64,000 nucleotides of DNA from Bacteroidia bacterium (lineage in GTDB: Bacteria > Bacteroidota > Bacteroidia > NS11-12g > UBA9320): contig CBDCFW010000006.1 in NCBI GenBank assembly GCA_965216465.1, forward strand, positions 544,001 to 608,000, written 5' to 3'. The notes beneath the pieces were generated by a model. It worked only from the letters and a program-made list of their open reading frames with translations, was not told the DNA's origin and did no database searches. Of this stretch, positions 59,021 through 64,000 are shown in pieces. Numbering within the stretch: position 1 is the first letter of the stretch; the number at the start of each line of letters is the position of its first letter. The position numbers and the translations under genes were made by a program.

Positions 59021-59920
59021 TTAGCCTTCTACTTCTTCAGTTTCTGTAACTTCAGTTGCTTCTTCAGCAGCTTCCGTTTCAGGTTCTTCTTCAGGTGTCC
59101 AAATTTGACCTTCAGGTTCTTTCGCACCATCTGGGTTTGAACCTTCCAAGCTAATAATATAGCTTGTTACCTCTTGAATTTTCTGCGGACTTAGTTGATC
59201 TTGCCAAGCAGTCATCCCTTTATCGATTATACCATACTTTATCGATTTAAAGATGTTCTTAGCTCCACCACCGTGTTTCCAGTATTCATCTGTAAGGTTA
59301 GGCCCAACATTTCCTTTACCTCCTTTATCGTGACATACTTTACAGTTTTGAATGTAGATCTTTCTTCCGGCATCAATAGCTGCTGCATCGGTTAATGCTA
59401 CAACAGTATTCTCGTCTACAAAAGATGCTTCTTCTTCAAGATTCTCTGTTTTCTTTTCTGTTGCTGCTTCAATCTCAGCCGCGTATTCTTGTTCTTGGGT
59501 CATTCCAGAATCTGTAACACTGTATCTTACAAAATAGATAACAGCAAAAAGGATTGTACCGTAGAATAAGAACATAAACCAAGGTGGAGGAGGGTTATCT
59601 AACTCATAAATTCCATCGTGTGGTTCATTGATACGCGTATCTTGATCTGTTCCAACCGGCTTAAGCTGAAATAGCTTCTCCCAGGTTGTACGTTGATCGT
59701 ACATTTTTTGTTCTTCTGATTCGTATTCACCGCGTACGTACTTTTTCAAGCTAATCGTAACTCTATACAGTAAATAGGTTACCAAAAGTAGAAGACCAAC
59801 AATTATATATATGATCCATAACAAAGGCTCAGATAAGCCGCCTTGTGCCTCCCCTGACTGTGCAAACAGATTAAAGGAAGTTAAACTCGCTATTAGTGTT
59901 AGGGCAATTTTATTCTTCAT
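59021..59920 (-). CDS. ccoP: cbb3-type cytochrome c oxidase subunit III
   Basis: 'DGIYELDNPPP.W', heme motif CKVCH, 'GPNLTD.YW.HGG', 'GM.AW'; ATG 59920 preferred. Confidence 0.9.
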   Translation of the reverse strand: MKNKIALTLIASLTSFNLFAQSGEAQGGLSEPLLWIIYIIVGLLLLVTYLLYRVTISLKKYVRGEYESEEQKMYDQRTTWEKLFQLKPVGTDQDTRINEPHDGIYELDNPPPPWFMFLFYGTILFAVIYFVRYSVTDSGMTQEQEYAAEIEAATEKKTENLEEEASFVDENTVVALTDAAAIDAGRKIYIQNCKVCHDKGGKGNVGPNLTDEYWKHGGGAKNIFKSIKYGIIDKGMTAWQDQLSPQKIQEVTSYIISLEGSNPDGAKEPEGQIWTPEEEPETEAAEEATEVTETEEVEG

Positions 59921-60089
59921 GATTTTCAATTTTTGATGGTTTTAAGGGTAAATTAGATAACTCTGTTACTTGTTCTTTATTGAGTGAAAACATGTACACC
60001 GCAGCAAGAACAAATACCATTATAAAAATTAGAAGAGCGATAATCAAATAGACATCTGCACCTTCAACGTATCCTATCATTTTTCCCAT
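59910..60089 (-). CDS. ccoQ: cbb3-type cytochrome c oxidase subunit CcoQ
   Basis: Manual translation (59 aa, not in track): MGKMIGYVEGADVYLIIALLIFIMVFVLAAVYMFSLNKEQVTELSNLPLKPSKIENHEE*; single TM and 'S.LPL'; lies between ccoNO and ccoP. Confidence 0.82.
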   Translation of the reverse strand: MGKMIGYVEGADVYLIIALLIFIMVFVLAAVYMFSLNKEQVTELSNLPLKPSKIENHEE

Positions 60090-60097
60090 AATTCTAA

Positions 60098-62245
60098 TTA
60101 TTTAGTTGCTTCCTCCTTATTATTAATATCTCGTCCTAATTTATGCAGATAAGCTATCAAAGCAATAATTTCTTTGTTCTTATCTACCTGGATTCCTTTC
60201 TCGTTTGATAAGAAATCAGCAATTTTTTGTGCTTGCTTATCAAGATCTTGCTGAGCGATTTGCTCGTAACCTTCAGGATAAGGTACTCCGAGTTTACGCA
60301 TCGCAGAAATCTTTCCTGCCAAATCTGAATAATCGCCATCTTCATCAATTAACCAAGGATAAGCTGGCATAATTGAACCATCTGAAGTTGATCGAGGATC
60401 TTTCATATGGCGATAATGCCAATCTGCAGTCTTGTAAACTTTAGAAGAGGTATTACCTGTTCTTGCCAAATCCGGACCGGTACGCTTACTACCCCATAAG
60501 AATGGATGGTCGTAAACATTCTCTCCAGATTTTGAATATTCACCATAACGAACAGTTTCAGATCTAAATGGTCTTACCTGTTGAGAGTGACAGTTGTTAC
60601 ATCCTTCTCTGATGTAAATATCACGTCCTTCTAACTCAAGTGGAGTATAAGGCTGAACATTCGGAATGGTCTGAACATTCGACTCAACTAAGAACGAAGG
60701 AACAAACTCTACTATAGTTCCAATACCAACAGCAAATAATGAGAAAACGAGCAGTTGAACTGGACGTTTTTCAATCCATCTGTGCCAGTAAGCATGTTCT
60801 ACCTTGCCCGGCTCGTCTTTAACCAATGGGTAAGCTTCTGCTGGCTCATCAGCAACAAGACTACCTTGGCCAATTGTTTTAGCTAAGTTCCAAACCATAA
60901 TAATGGCTCCAGATAAGTAAAGTAAACCACCAAAAGCTCTAATCATGTGCATTGGAAGAATCTCTAAAGTTGTATCTAAGAAGTTACCATATTTCAAGTA
61001 TCCGTCAGCAGTAAATTGGTTCCACATTTGACCTTGAGTAAATCCAGCAAAGTACATAGGAATTGCATAGAACAAGATTCCTAAAGTAGCGATCCAGAAG
61101 TGAGATGAAATCGCCTTCTTCGAGTAGATCTTAGTATTGTAGATTTTAGGGATGATGTAGTAAAGGATAGCAAAAGTTAGCAATCCATTCCATCCTAATG
61201 CTCCAACGTGAACGTGGGCTACAATCCAGTCTGTAAAGTGGGCAATGGCATTTACATTTTTAAGTGAAAGCATAGGTCCTTCAAAGGTTGCCATACCGTA
61301 AGCAGTAATACCAACAACCATAAATTTAAGAACCGCATCATCACGTACTTTATCCCATGCACCTCTTAAGGTCAACAGACCGTTTAACATACCTCCCCAT
61401 GATGGAGCGATAAGCATAATACTAAAGATTACACCTAATGTTTGTGCCCAACCTGGTAATGAAGTATACAACAAATGGTGAGGACCAGCCCAGATATACA
61501 AGAATATCAATGACCAGAAGTGAAGAATAGACAACTTGTAGGAGTAAATTGGTCTATTCGCCATCTTAGGCATGAAGTAGTACATCAATCCCAGGAATGG
61601 TGTTGTAAGGAAGAATGCTACTGCATTGTGACCATACCACCATTGCACCAAGGCATCTTGCACCCCTGCATACCAAGAGTAAGACTTAAGGAAGGTTACT
61701 GGCATCTCAAAGCTATTTACGATGTGTAATAGTGCTACCGTAACAAACGTTGCGATGTAGAACCAAATAGCCACATAAAGATGCTTTTCTCTTCTTTTGA
61801 TAATGGTACCTAACATATTCCAACCAAACACTACCCATATAACTGCAATGGCAATATCAATTGGCCATTCAAGCTCGGCATACTCCTTTGAAGTAGTAAT
61901 ACCAAATGGAAGGGTAAGTGCGGCTGCAACAATGATCAGTTGCCACCCCCAAAAGTGAATTTTACTTAAGGTGTCGCTAAACATTCTCGTTTTCAACAAA
62001 CGTTGCAATGAATAGTAAACACCCATAAACACAGCGTTACCCACAAAGGCAAAAATGATTGCGTTGGTGTGCAGTGGTCTCAAACGACCAAAGGTGATGT
62101 ACCGTGTGTTAAAATTAAAATAGGGGTCAAACAATTGCGTTGCAATTATTACCCCAACTAGCATACCAACCAGGCCCCAGACCATGGTGGCGATTGCAAA
62201 ATTTTTGACAATCCGATTGTCGTAATTAAAGGTCTCTTTTTGCAT
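60098..62245 (-). CDS. ccoN: cbb3-type cytochrome c oxidase fused subunits I/II (CcoNO)
   Basis: 'FGRLRPLHTN', 'WWYGHNAV', 'GPHH', 'HVH'; CcoO part 'EGC..CHSQQVRP', 'WGSKRTGPDL', 'MPAYPW'. Confidence 0.96.
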   Translation of the reverse strand: MQKETFNYDNRIVKNFAIATMVWGLVGMLVGVIIATQLFDPYFNFNTRYITFGRLRPLHTNAIIFAFVGNAVFMGVYYSLQRLLKTRMFSDTLSKIHFWGWQLIIVAAALTLPFGITTSKEYAELEWPIDIAIAVIWVVFGWNMLGTIIKRREKHLYVAIWFYIATFVTVALLHIVNSFEMPVTFLKSYSWYAGVQDALVQWWYGHNAVAFFLTTPFLGLMYYFMPKMANRPIYSYKLSILHFWSLIFLYIWAGPHHLLYTSLPGWAQTLGVIFSIMLIAPSWGGMLNGLLTLRGAWDKVRDDAVLKFMVVGITAYGMATFEGPMLSLKNVNAIAHFTDWIVAHVHVGALGWNGLLTFAILYYIIPKIYNTKIYSKKAISSHFWIATLGILFYAIPMYFAGFTQGQMWNQFTADGYLKYGNFLDTTLEILPMHMIRAFGGLLYLSGAIIMVWNLAKTIGQGSLVADEPAEAYPLVKDEPGKVEHAYWHRWIEKRPVQLLVFSLFAVGIGTIVEFVPSFLVESNVQTIPNVQPYTPLELEGRDIYIREGCNNCHSQQVRPFRSETVRYGEYSKSGENVYDHPFLWGSKRTGPDLARTGNTSSKVYKTADWHYRHMKDPRSTSDGSIMPAYPWLIDEDGDYSDLAGKISAMRKLGVPYPEGYEQIAQQDLDKQAQKIADFLSNEKGIQVDKNKEIIALIAYLHKLGRDINNKEEATK

Positions 62246-62246
62246 A

Positions 62247-62408
62247 TTAGTTTTGATTTAATTGATTTGAATTTTTTTTATCTAGTACCCTCATTGAAGG
62301 TGATTCTAAGTCGTCGAATTGGCCTTTCTTCACGGCCAGATAGAAAGCATATAAAAAGCCGATGGCTAGCATCAAACTTACAGATATGAGTATGGCTATT
62401 ACTTTCAT
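62247..62408 (-). CDS. ccoS: cbb3-type oxidase assembly protein CcoS
   Basis: Manual translation (53 aa, not in track): MKVIAILISVSLMLAIGFLYAFYLAVKKGQFDDLESPSMRVLDKKNSNQLNQN*; 'GQFDDL..P..R.L' motif. Confidence 0.9.
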   Translation of the reverse strand: MKVIAILISVSLMLAIGFLYAFYLAVKKGQFDDLESPSMRVLDKKNSNQLNQN

Positions 62409-64000
62409 ATTAGATTTAATTTTTTAGCTTTTCTTCTTATTAATAGGGTATCCAATAGCACAACCGAAACTGAGCTAATTGGCATTAAAATCGCAGCAAT
62501 TATTGGCGTTAACAGTCCCATTACAGCAAATGCAACTCCAGTGATATTATACATCAAAGAGAACACTAAACTGATTTGCAACACTATTTTTGAGTAGCGT
62601 GTTAAATCCATGAAACTTGGTAGACTGGTAAAGCTTTCTGAAAGAATTACGGCATCTGCACCTGGATAAAATCCATTTAGATTGTCAGTAACTGCAATAC
62701 CAATATCCCCTTCTTGTATTGCTGAACTGTCGTTAAGTCCATCGCCAATCATCATAACAGGTTGATCCGAACTGATAGCTTTAATTTCTTTTGCTTTTTG
62801 ATTCGGTTTCAATCCAAAAATCATGCGTTCAAATCCACTAAACATGGCTTGCAATCTGCCTTTTTCAGAAGCGTTGTCTCCGCTCAGAACAGATATTGAA
62901 TATTTTTGACCCAGCTGTTCTAGAACTCGTGCCAAGCCTGAACGATATGCTGCAGTTATCAAATAGTGCCCAATTACCTCATCGTTGATTGAAATGTAAA
63001 CAGCAGAACCCTTCTGCGATTTTTCAAAGTTGCTTACCCATTCTGATGAGCCAATTTTAATGAAATATTTTCCGGCAAATCCAGATATTCCCTTTCCGGT
63101 TTCTTCCTCAAAATCATCAATTTCAATGGTTTTCTCATTAGCTAAGTGTTTAGCAAGAATCTGGCTCAACGGATGTGAACTTTGCGAAGCAAGAGATGCT
63201 ATGGCTTGTTTGAAGTATTCTGATAGTTCATTTCCGTTGTAGGTAATGTTCAATGCCTCTTTTTCAGTCAAGGTTCCTGTTTTGTCAAAAACAATATGCT
63301 GAATTCTATTTAAAGTAGAAACAGCATTCGACGATTTCAAGAAGAAGTTATTGCTTGAAAAAACACGTAAAATATTTCCGTAAGTAAATGGAGCACTCAA
63401 TGCAAGTGCACATGGGCACGCCACAATAAGCACAGAGCTGAATACAAATGCAGCTGTACTTGGATCTATAAATAACCAGTAAAGCCCTGAAATAAGGGCT
63501 ATTGAGATTACGCTAATTGTAAAGTACTTACTGATATGGTCCGTCCAATGGGTTTCAAATTCTTTCTGTTCAGATTTAGAATTCCAAGTTTCCCAAAGTT
63601 TGTCGATACTTGGTTTTTCATTGAGTTTAATCACCAAATCTCCTAGCTGCTGACATCCTCCAGCAAAAACCTTTTGGCCTTTGCTTGCCTTTTCTGGTAT
63701 CGTTTCGCCAGTGATAAAAGCATAGTCGATTAAACCCTTGCCTCGAACGAGACTGCCATTAACTGGAATAATTTCTCCGTGTTTAACTAAAACTTGATCA
63801 CCTGCATTTAGGCTATCTATACGTTGCCAGTTGATTTCATTTTCACCATTTACTTGACGAACAACAAGTGGAATGAAGTCTTGAATATTTCTGTGATAGG
63901 AAACCTGGTCGTACACTTTGTGTTGAAACCACTTTCCAATCAAAAGGAAAAAGATGAGTCCTGCTAACGAATCAAGATAGCCAACGCCAACTCCGCTAAA
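62405..64000 (-). CDS. ccoI: Heavy-metal P1B-type ATPase CcoI/FixI (5' end beyond the window)
   Basis: TGE, CPC, DKTGT, HP and GDGLND motifs; frame stays open to base 64000 (FSGVGVGYLDSLAGLIFFLLIGKW...). Confidence 0.88.
   Translation of the reverse strand, partial: FSGVGVGYLDSLAGLIFFLLIGKWFQHKVYDQVSYHRNIQDFIPLVVRQVNGENEINWQRIDSLNAGDQVLVKHGEIIPVNGSLVRGKGLIDYAFITGETIPEKASKGQKVFAGGCQQLGDLVIKLNEKPSIDKLWETWNSKSEQKEFETHWTDHISKYFTISVISIALISGLYWLFIDPSTAAFVFSSVLIVACPCALALSAPFTYGNILRVFSSNNFFLKSSNAVSTLNRIQHIVFDKTGTLTEKEALNITYNGNELSEYFKQAIASLASQSSHPLSQILAKHLANEKTIEIDDFEEETGKGISGFAGKYFIKIGSSEWVSNFEKSQKGSAVYISINDEVIGHYLITAAYRSGLARVLEQLGQKYSISVLSGDNASEKGRLQAMFSGFERMIFGLKPNQKAKEIKAISSDQPVMMIGDGLNDSSAIQEGDIGIAVTDNLNGFYPGADAVILSESFTSLPSFMDLTRYSKIVLQISLVFSLMYNITGVAFAVMGLLTPIIAAILMPISSVSVVLLDTLLIRRKAKKLNLI

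Noticed and set aside
312-63242. Many 60-170 aa ORFs nested antisense or out of frame within long genes
   Set aside because: They overlap well-supported genes and show no recognisable motifs; treated as shadow ORFs
1-64000. tRNA, rRNA, riboswitch or CRISPR array
   Set aside because: Intergenic gaps are all under about 180 nt and I recognised no cloverleaf, rRNA or repeat-spacer pattern; a covariance-model scan (Infernal/Rfam) would be needed to exclude small RNAs

Overview
AT-rich, gene-dense bacterial chromosome segment from the phylum Bacteroidota, judged from gldA/F/G, two T9SS C-terminal-domain proteins, fused ccoNO and TAnnTTTG -7 promoter boxes. Most of it is housekeeping: tyrS, polA, prfA, type III glutamine synthetase, purM, rlmN, hscA, rlmB, rimP-nusA-infB, fabH, nrnA, ndk, prc and a cbb3 oxidase operon. 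I saw no rRNA, tRNA, CRISPR array or mobile element. The main candidate for an undescribed system is a tightly coupled six-gene operon at 48709-56511. It encodes a long coiled-coil protein, an unknown soluble protein, a classic-clade AAA ATPase with a DD Walker B, a DUF6638-like protein and two membrane proteins; genes 4 and 5 each carry a single-base frameshift in an A-run. A second notable item is a PorE-like TPR/PD40/OmpA lipoprotein fused to an apparently inactive retropepsin-like domain. All family calls are from motif recognition by eye, not from database searches.
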